Source of the DNA: Ktedonobacterales bacterium
GTDB lineage: Bacteria > Chloroflexota > Ktedonobacteria > Ktedonobacterales > JADMIN01
Length of the DNA stretch: 32,000 nt
Reading direction: 5' to 3'
Assembly: GCA_030167145.1 (NCBI GenBank)
Contig: CP126532.1
Location: 1,770,001-1,802,000 of the forward strand
A program made the translations under genes and the position numbers. Position 1 is the first letter of the stretch; every line of letters begins with the position of its first letter. Below are positions 15,608 through 24,030 of the stretch, piece after piece. The notes under the pieces were generated by a model. It searched no databases. It was not told the origin of the DNA and worked only from the letters and a program-made list of their open reading frames with translations.

Positions 15608-18600
15608 CTACTGTTGACTACTATATAGTATAGGCTTGCCACCATCCCCTACCAACCAGACATTCAGTATCACGTTGACATTTCCTTGTCCTGCTATTTG
15701 TAAGCCTCCTAGCCATACGCCATCGAGAAGTTGGGGTCTGCAGAATGGAGAGCATGGTTCTTTTCCAGTCAGCAGATCAACCGTAATATCTCCCGTGTAT
15801 CCAGCCGCAACTTGTCCTTGAATCCACAAAGCTGCTGCTCGCAACACTTGCACCTCCGCATGCATTGTATTGTTACGTCTGCCAGTACCGAGAACAGGGC
15901 CGAACTGCGGAGACACTACTGCGCCCGATGCATCGCTAATAAAGGCAGCGGCAATTGCGGGCTTTCCTAGTTCTCGCCCAAAGTTCGATTGACGTTGGTC
16001 TACTAACTTGGCCAAGCTCGCGAGCATTGACAGTCTGTCTGCCCTGCGCCCTCCGCCATTGCCGCCACTATTCCCGCCCCCGCCTGCCGCCGCTACCTCG
16101 GCGCGTGACTGCACTGTCTCATCAGGCGCACCGGCCATGCCCCCATAGGGCAGGTCGGGATCCAGATTCGTATCTTGCAGGATCCTTTCGCCGTTTTTCT
16201 GCGTAACCCACTCGCTCTGGCCGTCTGGGGAGATATCATGTACTGTGCCATGCGCGTCGGTATACTGCACATCGCCCCAGTAGCTGTTGTTGCTGGAATC
16301 TCCACTCCAGGCGTTCGGCATACCACCGCAACAGTCGGGGGCGCCAGGTCCATCATTCGCCCAGCCACCTTCAAATGCAGCCGGGTCAACGTCATCTTGC
16401 ATGTGCCCGGTCGGGTCAATGCGTGTCTCGGGATTGCCGCCCACATACGCATACCGGTTCAGCCCATCGAGCATGGTATCGGCTTGCGCAAACTGGCCCA
16501 CCGCCGGGTCGTAGTACCGTGCCCCGTAATAGTCCAGCCCCGTCGCCGCGTCGGCATACTGCCCGGTGAAACCCCGCGCCGTCGGCATCGTCCCACCACT
16601 GCTGTAGCGGAAGGTGCCATACGGCCCGTAGAGCGCGGAGGCGGTCACACTCGCGCTGCCCCCAGCGAACGCCGTGCTCACACTCCCCAGTCCATCGCTC
16701 GCTAGATAACTCACCGTCCCCGCGACATTCACTGCCGTCACGATGCCCGGCACCGCATAATACTTGCTCACCGTCGTGCCGGTGATCTCCTCCAATCCCC
16801 CCGCCAGGTAGTACGTCCGTGTCGTCACGCCGCCGCTCACCACCTTCTGCCCGATGCGCTGCCCCTCGCCGTCGTAGGCATACGTCACCGTCGTCGTCGG
16901 GCTGCTCGGCGCGTTCTGCCAGCTCGCCAGCCGCCCCGCCGTATCGTAGGTGAGTTGCTGCCCCGTCGGCGTCCCGCTGCACGTCGTCAGGTAGCTCGGC
17001 GCACGGCAGGTCATATCGCCCGCCGCGTCATAGCTGGCGGTGTAGTACGGCCCGCCGCTGCCATTGCTGCCCGCCGCCGTCACCGCGTCCAGGTGCGTGT
17101 TCGCCACGCCATACGTGTACGCGCCCAGGCTGCCATTCGTGATGCGGTCGAGAGTGTCATAGCCGTAGCTATAGGTGTAGCTCGCCCCGCTCAAAGTCGT
17201 GCTCGGCGTCACCGCTGGCGTGCAACTCGGTGTCCCAGCGGTTCCCGCCCAGGTCAGCCGGTTCTGCTCGTCATAGCAGAAGGCTTGCGTATCTGTGCCG
17301 GTGGGCAGTGTGGTGCTGACGCTGGTGACATTGCTCACCGCGTCATACGTGCGCGCGCTGCTGAAGAGCGTCGTGCCGCTGTGGGTGAAGTTCAGGCTGG
17401 TCAGCCGCAGGTCGGCGTCATGGCTCGCGCCGAAGTTGACGCCGTCACCCAGCGTCGCTCCCGTTGGCAATCCAGCCGGACCACCCCGGTCGTAGGTGGC
17501 GTAGCTGATCCCCGTCACCACGTTCTGCGCCGAGCCACCGCTGGGCGTCCGTGTCACCGAGTCCAGCCAGTCCGCGCTATTATAGGTGTAGCTCAGCAGT
17601 TCGTTGTCAGCATAGGTGATACCCGTCTGCTGTCCCGCATCGTTATAGCTGAAGCTGAAGCTATAGTTTGCGGAATCTACCGTCACGTCCCAGATGGTGC
17701 GGTTGCCTCGCGCGTCATAGGCAAACGTATAGCTGCCAGCGCCAAAACTCGCCCCGGTATTGAATGTCTCGCTGGTCAGTCGCCCCTTGCCATTATTGCC
17801 GCCTGCCGTGCTATCGTATCCCCAGGTTGCGTAGGGACTGCTGCCACCAGCATTCACGCTGTGCCACACCGGACGGTTCAGCGGATCGTAGCCAATATAT
17901 ACCGTCCCCGCCCCACCGCGCGCATCCACCGACTTCGTCAGATTGCCGTTCGCGTCATAGGTGTAGGACTCACTTCCGCGATCCGGATCGTTCAGGCTCG
18001 TCTGTTGTCCCGCCGCGTCGTAGCCGAAGGTGGTCGTGCTCGTGCCGTTGGGATGTGTGATCGTCGTCAGGTTCCCAGCGTAGTCGTAGCTGTATGTCGT
18101 CCCCGAATAGAAGGTGTAGCCCGTACCGCTCGTGCCACTCGTGCGCACATCCTCGATGGTCCGTCCCAATGAGTCAACGATGCTGTAAACCCGGTGGCTC
18201 AGTGCATCGGTCACATTCTTCTGCTCGTCGCCGATACCACTGCCATCCCAGTTCGTCACCACCACATACGAGGTACTGGTGGTCTTCGAGTACGCATCCG
18301 TGGCGCTGATCACCCGCCCCAGGCCGTCATAGCCAGCGGATGTGCCCGGCTCGCTCGCGTCTGGTGCGGCGAAGGCCGCCGAGCCAGGGCCGCCGGTATA
18401 TGACGAGGTGTTGTAGCTGATGCTGGCGAAGATGTTGCGCTCCGAAGGGTCGTACTCTGCATAGCGGACTGCATCGTAGCCCGGCCCTGGTATGCGCGTC
18501 TCCGCAAGATTACCATAGCCATCGTAGAACGAGCGCGTCGTAATCGCCGTGCTTCCGTCCACCTGCTGTGTCTGATCCACCTCGACACATGGCGCCTGTG

Positions 18601-21600
18601 GCGCCGTCCCACTGCACCAATCGGTGTATGACCAGGTTGTCTTGCCTTGCCCGCTCGGCTCCCCCGGTACATCTGGCAGTGTCTTACTGGTCATCCGCCC
18701 CAGCGCATCGTACCCGACGGTTGTCGTCTGGCCGTTGGGGTCCGTGGTCGAGGTTGGCCATATCCCGAAGCTGCCACTTGCTGTCGTGATATAGCCCGTC
18801 AAGATGGACTGCGCCTTCGCGTTCGTCACCGAAACCACCAGCGCGTGAAAGGCGCTGTCGTAGGCGGTGCAGGCAGTGTAGAGTGTACTATTGACCGTGC
18901 AGCCTTTGTGCGTCGCGTCCCCCGCGTTGCCATCGGGATCCGTCATGGCGATCTGGTTGCCATACGTGTCGTAGACCGCCGTCGTTTCTTTCTGCCCGCT
19001 GGCGTCGCCGAAGTTGGGTGGCGTTCCACAGAAGGCAAAGCGATCTACCTTGGTGGTCTCACCCAGCGTCAGCCCGCCGCTCTGCCCACCGGCCCAGCCC
19101 TGGTTGTCATAGCTAGTAAAAGCGCACTGGCTATGCGGCGTGTTCTGAAGGTTCTGGCTGCCCGTCACATACGTCAGATTGGGGAAATCAATCAGATACG
19201 TTCCGGTCGCGCTTGTCGAGGTCACGCTGACCGCATCGTTCCAGATGTAGTCGGTGTGCTGGTCAATCAGCGTCGCACTATTGGTTAGGGTTCCGCCACC
19301 GTTGCTCGTGGTGACCACATCGGTCGTGCGCCCATAGGAGTCATAGCTGTACGTTGTCGTCTTCTGTGGCACGGTGCCGCTGCCGCCATCATAGGTATAC
19401 TCATCTGTGCGTGTCATCTGGATATCGCAGACCGCCACCGGATCGCCGTGGTCCAACTCGCTCACAAGATTCCCATTCCAGTTCCCGTAATCCGGGGAGG
19501 ATGACGTGCCACTCACCCCACTGGGTGGGCATGTCTCCTGGTATTGGGCCGTCGTCTTCTTGAGCAGTGTCGTGCCATTCGTGTCGTAATAATCCGTCTC
19601 GAACTCATGCCCGTGTGCCGAATTGCCAACATCGGTGCGATTGGTATTTCCCCACCAGGGCGAGTTATGGCACGGCGGCGTAAACGCTTTGCAGGTCACC
19701 TGGCTCGTGTCATACAATCCGTAGCCCTCGGTCGCATAATAATGATGCTTCACCACCGAGTCATCAGGATTGGTCACATCAGCCTCGGTGAAGCCCATAT
19801 ACTTGCCGTTGTAATAGTCCAGGTAGTCACCGTCGTTCTGATTGCCCCAATACATCCCTGCCACACAGTCAGGGCACTCCTGTGCTGCCAGGGGATAGGT
19901 CAAATCATACTGATAGCTCGCCGTCCCAGTGATGAGCACATTCCCGCTCGAAGCTGCGCGGTACTCCTGTGTCTGTTGCTGGGTCAGAACCGCATGGCTC
20001 CAATTCTGATCGTCCGCCTCGTTACACGGATACCCACTCTGATGGCTGTTGCAGTAGAGCGGATCAGGGGTATTGGGATTGTTGCTCGTGCCACCAGGAA
20101 CGCCATGTGTATTGTTGCGCCCATTATCCCAGGAGAACGTCTGCGCCAGTCCCAGCCCATTGCTCGCGGAGGCGAGATAGCGGCTATTGCCAGGCAAACT
20201 CTCTTCCCACAAGAGGCACCCGCTGCTGTTACCAGTATTCCAAGATGGCCCGCAGTTATCCGATGACACCGGATGATACGCATCGTCCTCATAATACTGA
20301 GTGACCGTCGTGTAGCCGAAAGTGCGTGTTGGCAGCGCTGTTGTGCCATCGTCACCCAGTTCGATGATCTGCGTCAGATCGAGCTCGCCTGCCACCGATT
20401 CATCTTTTCCAGTCACAGGATCTGCGATCTTGACGCTGGTGCCCGCATAATCTTCTTCATGCGGTGTTTGCTCATACCCAAGTTGATAGTCGCGCAACGT
20501 GTTCCAGGTGCTATTGTTGTAGACCTGCACCTGAACATCATTGAGCACATACGTGCTCTGCACGTCTGGCGCGGCCAGCCCACCGCTGCCGGATAGATCT
20601 ATCGGATCGTCGCAACGCAGGTTCCCATTCGCCGAGCAGCTTGAACCAGCCACATGTGTCACCCCATGCCCGGAGACAAAGTTCACCCGCATCAAAGGCG
20701 ACCAGCTTGACCCGATACACATACTCTGCGCGTTGTGGCAATTCGGCGAATCCCATTCGATGGTTTTCAGCACAGCGTCGCGAATGTAGGAGTGCCCCGA
20801 TTTGCTTTCCGTATCTTGCTGATAGGTGATATGAATCTGATTGCCTTGGGGATCGGTGATCAGATCCAGGTTCCAGTTTGAAATGTAGTCGTTTCCGGTT
20901 CCATAGTAATATTCGAGCGAGTCCGAGGTACAACCGAACTCCTCCATAATCCCATTCGTCAGGAAGACACGGAAGCATGGCGGATGCGCACCCCCACCAT
21001 CTGGCAGGGTAAGTGGCCCCGTGTACGAATAGATTTTGGCATGGTTCTCCGGTGCGGCATGCCACTGCACTGCGCCAGACGTTATCGAGTTGGCTGTATC
21101 ATCATAATAGGTCTTCTCTGTGATATTTGGCGGAATCAGTTCTGCCGCTGTGCCGAAGGGGTCGCTGAGTTGCCAGCTATCCTCCCAGCCGTTGCCACAG
21201 GTAGGACAGGTAGCGAGCGTATTGTGCTCAGCCCAGGAGATCGCTCCGAGTGAAAGGTTCCAGCCCTCACCAGTCCACCCCGTCGCTGCCTGCACGTTGT
21301 GCTGCTCGCTCACGCTGGCGCTACTATAGCTTAGCGTCACTGGCGGCGTGAGTCCCCCCGGCCCCGTGGGTACATCAATGGCAATACTGTCGGAGAGTGC
21401 TCCCGCGTTCAAGTCGGTATTAAAGGGATCTGGTTTACCAAATGTGGCAACAGGGCTGTTGGTATTGAAGGCCGCGGCCACACTTGGCGTACCGAGTTGT
21501 GTCGTAACCATCAGGGTCTGGGCGGTGGAATCGAAGGTCGCATTTTGCCAGTTTGGCGCGCCAAACTGACTTTCGGCCATAGTCGGCGCAGTAGGATCAG

Positions 21601-22351
21601 AAAGGTCTTGCTGTCGGCCAGAGGTGATTTGTCTTGGGGTCGGCGCGGTAATCGGCGCCAATGCCGTGCCATCGGGCAACAAACCATTGAAGGTGACGAA
21701 TACCTGTGAGAGGTCGAGTGCGCTGTCCTGTCTGCCGAGATGCAACTTGAGCGCCATGGGGGCATGCAGTCCGTGCGAAACCAGCACTCCACGTGTATCC
21801 ACCAATTGCAGCAGATAACTACCGAAGCTCACGATACCAGTGCCTCCCGCGTTCGTGCCGGAAGCTGGGGCAATCTGGCTGATCTCAAGGCTCAGGTTTC
21901 CGCCCGCTGCGGCTACATCGGCGCTGGTAACAGCGTTAGCTGGTACATCGACCTCGAAACGTCCATCACTTCCTGTGAAACGCGCGGCCTTCCCCGGCGT
22001 CAATGCCAGGATTCCCGGCAACATGGGGATAATTCCCACACGTCGCAGTGATTGTGGCGGCCCAGCAGGCGTGTGGGCGCTGGTATGCTGCGTATGCGGA
22101 TGTGATACAGATCTGGCATGCGAGCGTGGATCAAAGAGATTGAGCTTCCCGCCGTTACCCGGCCCCGCCGCCAGCGCCACCGGCACGTGCGCCCCGAAGC
22201 CTGCCTGCGCCAGTTGCCCGAACGCGCCACTCACCAGCAACGCCACCAGCAGCAACGGCATCCCGCCCCGTCGCGCCAGCCGCGCCGCCAACCGCGTGCC
22301 CCGCGCCCGCAGCCCATCCATCCACGCTCCTGCGCGCCAACCGCTCATCAT
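15608..22351 (-). CDS. Full-length Rhs/YD-repeat polymorphic toxin with a Sec-like N-terminus and a C-terminal deaminase-like toxin domain
   Basis: ORF 15608..22417. The preferred start is ATGATG at 22351/22348, behind GGGAGGAG. It has the hydrophobic signal MPLLLVALLVSGAFGQLAQA and dozens of YD repeats. The core end is ...RYYDPAVGQFAQADTMLDGLNRYAYVGGNPETRIDPTGH (H at 16403-16405). A 264-aa tip follows, containing HAE (15854-15862) and PCSPFC (15740-15757). Confidence 0.9.
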   Translation of the reverse strand: MMSGWRAGAWMDGLRARGTRLAARLARRGGMPLLLVALLVSGAFGQLAQAGFGAHVPVALAAGPGNGGKLNLFDPRSHARSVSHPHTQHTSAHTPAGPPQSLRRVGIIPMLPGILALTPGKAARFTGSDGRFEVDVPANAVTSADVAAAGGNLSLEISQIAPASGTNAGGTGIVSFGSYLLQLVDTRGVLVSHGLHAPMALKLHLGRQDSALDLSQVFVTFNGLLPDGTALAPITAPTPRQITSGRQQDLSDPTAPTMAESQFGAPNWQNATFDSTAQTLMVTTQLGTPSVAAAFNTNSPVATFGKPDPFNTDLNAGALSDSIAIDVPTGPGGLTPPVTLSYSSASVSEQHNVQAATGWTGEGWNLSLGAISWAEHNTLATCPTCGNGWEDSWQLSDPFGTAAELIPPNITEKTYYDDTANSITSGAVQWHAAPENHAKIYSYTGPLTLPDGGGAHPPCFRVFLTNGIMEEFGCTSDSLEYYYGTGNDYISNWNLDLITDPQGNQIHITYQQDTESKSGHSYIRDAVLKTIEWDSPNCHNAQSMCIGSSWSPLMRVNFVSGHGVTHVAGSSCSANGNLRCDDPIDLSGSGGLAAPDVQSTYVLNDVQVQVYNNSTWNTLRDYQLGYEQTPHEEDYAGTSVKIADPVTGKDESVAGELDLTQIIELGDDGTTALPTRTFGYTTVTQYYEDDAYHPVSSDNCGPSWNTGNSSGCLLWEESLPGNSRYLASASNGLGLAQTFSWDNGRNNTHGVPGGTSNNPNTPDPLYCNSHQSGYPCNEADDQNWSHAVLTQQQTQEYRAASSGNVLITGTASYQYDLTYPLAAQECPDCVAGMYWGNQNDGDYLDYYNGKYMGFTEADVTNPDDSVVKHHYYATEGYGLYDTSQVTCKAFTPPCHNSPWWGNTNRTDVGNSAHGHEFETDYYDTNGTTLLKKTTAQYQETCPPSGVSGTSSSPDYGNWNGNLVSELDHGDPVAVCDIQMTRTDEYTYDGGSGTVPQKTTTYSYDSYGRTTDVVTTSNGGGTLTNSATLIDQHTDYIWNDAVSVTSTSATGTYLIDFPNLTYVTGSQNLQNTPHSQCAFTSYDNQGWAGGQSGGLTLGETTKVDRFAFCGTPPNFGDASGQKETTAVYDTYGNQIAMTDPDGNAGDATHKGCTVNSTLYTACTAYDSAFHALVVSVTNAKAQSILTGYITTASGSFGIWPTSTTDPNGQTTTVGYDALGRMTSKTLPDVPGEPSGQGKTTWSYTDWCSGTAPQAPCVEVDQTQQVDGSTAITTRSFYDGYGNLAETRIPGPGYDAVRYAEYDPSERNIFASISYNTSSYTGGPGSAAFAAPDASEPGTSAGYDGLGRVISATDAYSKTTSTSYVVVTNWDGSGIGDEQKNVTDALSHRVYSIVDSLGRTIEDVRTSGTSGTGYTFYSGTTYSYDYAGNLTTITHPNGTSTTTFGYDAAGQQTSLNDPDRGSESYTYDANGNLTKSVDARGGAGTVYIGYDPLNRPVWHSVNAGGSSPYATWGYDSTAGGNNGKGRLTSETFNTGASFGAGSYTFAYDARGNRTIWDVTVDSANYSFSFSYNDAGQQTGITYADNELLSYTYNSADWLDSVTRTPSGGSAQNVVTGISYATYDRGGPAGLPTGATLGDGVNFGASHDADLRLTSLNFTHSGTTLFSSARTYDAVSNVTSVSTTLPTGTDTQAFCYDEQNRLTWAGTAGTPSCTPAVTPSTTLSGASYTYSYGYDTLDRITNGSLGAYTYGVANTHLDAVTAAGSNGSGGPYYTASYDAAGDMTCRAPSYLTTCSGTPTGQQLTYDTAGRLASWQNAPSSPTTTVTYAYDGEGQRIGQKVVSGGVTTRTYYLAGGLEEITGTTVSKYYAVPGIVTAVNVAGTVSYLASDGLGSVSTAFAGGSASVTASALYGPYGTFRYSSGGTMPTARGFTGQYADAATGLDYYGARYYDPAVGQFAQADTMLDGLNRYAYVGGNPETRIDPTGHMQDDVDPAAFEGGWANDGPGAPDCCGGMPNAWSGDSSNNSYWGDVQYTDAHGTVHDISPDGQSEWVTQKNGERILQDTNLDPDLPYGGMAGAPDETVQSRAEVAAAGGGGNSGGNGGGRRADRLSMLASLAKLVDQRQSNFGRELGKPAIAAAFISDASGAVVSPQFGPVLGTGRRNNTMHAEVQVLRAAALWIQGQVAAGYTGDITVDLLTGKEPCSPFCRPQLLDGVWLGGLQIAGQGNVNVILNVWLVGDGGKPILYSSQQ

Positions 22352-22432
22352 CGTCTCCTCCCGCCAAACCACCGCCCCCATGCGCCTCAGCACGCATGTG
22401 TAGCCACAGCCCAGCAAAAGGATACATGACTC

Positions 22433-22448
22433 ACAGTAAAACTACTGT
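22433..22448. promoter_or_regulatory. Inverted repeat ACAGTA-N4-TACTGT in the AT-rich rhs upstream region
   Basis: ACAGTAAAACTACTGT has 6-bp arms that are exact reverse complements. It lies ~85 nt upstream of the rhs start and 36 nt downstream of the LuxR-type gene stop. Its function is a guess. Confidence 0.3.
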
Positions 22449-22483
22449 CCCTATTTCTAGGTATTTTTTGCGCCCACTCGTCC

Positions 22484-22879
22484 TCACGTCCTCCTCACAC
22501 CCCCGCCTTCCTCCTCCCTTATCAATCCCAGCCGCCACGTCCGTGCCCCCGCCTGTCGCATCCCCGACACCCTCAGCTTCCGGCACACCCGCTTGCAATG
22601 CGTATTCACCGTATGCCACGAAATCGTCAGTTGCTCCGCAATCTCCGCATACGTCAGCCCCGCACACGCCAGCCGCAGCACCTCCAACTCCCGCGCCGAA
22701 AGCGCTGGCCCCATGCCGCCATGCCCCGCTGTCGCCTGCTTCTCCTGCTTCTCCTGCTCGATCATCGCCAACACACTCGCTCTCCACTCACGAGAACAGC
22801 CTGCCATCCCGCCAAGCGAGATCACCTGCCGCCCCCTCACCATCCTTCCCGACTCCTTGCCGGGCGCCAGACGCGCCAT
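22484..22879 (-). CDS. LuxR/GerE-family HTH transcriptional regulator (small, no receiver domain)
   Basis: LSARELEVLRLACAGLTYAEIAEQLTISWHTVNTHCKRVCRKLRV is a textbook LuxR C-terminal HTH. Same strand as the rhs gene and directly upstream of it. Confidence 0.8.
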   Translation of the reverse strand: MARLAPGKESGRMVRGRQVISLGGMAGCSREWRASVLAMIEQEKQEKQATAGHGGMGPALSARELEVLRLACAGLTYAEIAEQLTISWHTVNTHCKRVCRKLRVSGMRQAGARTWRLGLIREEEGGGVRRT

Positions 22880-23180
22880 GTGCCACCGACCCCAGGCTGC
22901 GGTTCATTCCATTTGCCTCGCTCGCATACCCACTCCCTTCGCTCGCCAAAATCATCCCCTTGCTCACATCGCGACACGAGTATACACCCCCTCCCCGCTA
23001 CACACAAGCTGCACCCGCTCCCTGCAACCGTCCTCCCCGCCATCCATCTCCACCGCGCCATTCCCTGCCGGCCTTTGACCGTCATTGTCCCCTCGCCATC
23101 CACCACCCCCCATGCTACACTGCCACTAGCCCAACAGCGACCCACCCGCCCCCGCGAAGGAAGCGCGCCATGCACATGAA

Positions 23181-23967
23181 GAATCGGCCACAAGTCACCA
23201 ATTGGGCAGACATTCCTCTCCGCCCGCGCGATGAAAATCGGCAGAATCGGCAACTCCCGTGGGGCGGACATTCGTGTCTGCCATGGTGCGAAAATCGGCA
23301 GAATCGGCAACGCCGGCAACTGCGCGTGCGCGAAATTGCGGCGAAAACGGCGAAAAATCTCCCGTTACTTCCAGCCAACTCCGGTCACATCTCCCCACAC
23401 CACCACGAAAATCGGCAGAATCGGCAACTGGCATCCCATCCAAAATCGGCCATTTCGGCCACTGCCCATCATACAAACATCAAAAATCGGCAGAATCGGC
23501 AACTCCGCGCCAACCTCCCTCGCGGGATTACCCGTGGCATTCATGCTACGATCTCGCTTTACCACCCAACCCGCCCTCCGCGCCAAATCGAAAAATCGGC
23601 AGAATCGGCAACGCCGGCCACTGCACGTGCGCGAAATTGCGGCGAAAACGGCGAAAATTCTCCAGCCATGTCCCCTCATCACCACCGCAAAAATCGGCAA
23701 AATCGGCAACTCCGCGCCAACCGCTCTCGCGGGATTACCCGTGGCATTCATGCTACGTCCTTCCCTCATCACCCATCCCGCCCTCCGCGCAAATCGGCAG
23801 AATCGGCAACTGCTTCAGTGGGGCAGACATTCCTGTCTGCCAGCATACGAAAATCGGCCACTTCGGCCACTGCGCCCATCCCGGCATTCATGCCCCACCG
23901 CTGTGCTCCGGCCATGTATGGCCGAGAGTGGCGCACGAATGCTGTGCTCCGGCCATGTATGGCCGAG
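23181..23967. repeat. Non-coding mosaic repeat array built on a 21-22 nt anchor (A/G)AAAATCGGCAGAATCGGCAAC
   Basis: Canonical anchors start at 23233, 23290, 23407, 23482, 23591, 23689 and 23791. Variant anchors (AAAATCGGCCAYTTCGGCCAC / GAATCGGCCAC) start at 23181, 23442 and 23849. Recurrent inter-anchor modules: hairpins at 23263-23282 and 23822-23841; a 50-nt module at 23312 and 23613; an 80-nt module at 23504 and 23711; and a 27-nt duplicate at 23900 and 23941. Confidence 0.85.
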
Positions 23968-24030
23968 GTGGCCGCTGGACAACCCACCTGGCAACCCCAC
24001 GTATAGTTCAGAGTGTGGAGTTGAGGATGA

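Noticed and set aside
5830-22900. A mobile element (IS, transposon, integrase or prophage) as the carrier of the Rhs island
   Set aside because: No transposase, integrase, recombinase, terminal inverted repeats or flanking tRNA were seen in any frame. The repeats present are Rhs core-end homology blocks, not IS ends.
23520-23545. TGGCAT-tca-TGC strings inside the repeat modules as additional sigma-54 promoters
   Set aside because: The spacing between GG and GC is 9 instead of the canonical 12, so they do not fit the -24/-12 geometry.
23181-23967. A CRISPR-array interpretation of the 21-nt anchor repeats
   Set aside because: Spacing is irregular (about 50-110 bp). The 'spacers' are themselves repeated modules. 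The anchor is an internal direct duplication rather than a typical CRISPR repeat. No cas genes are present in the window.
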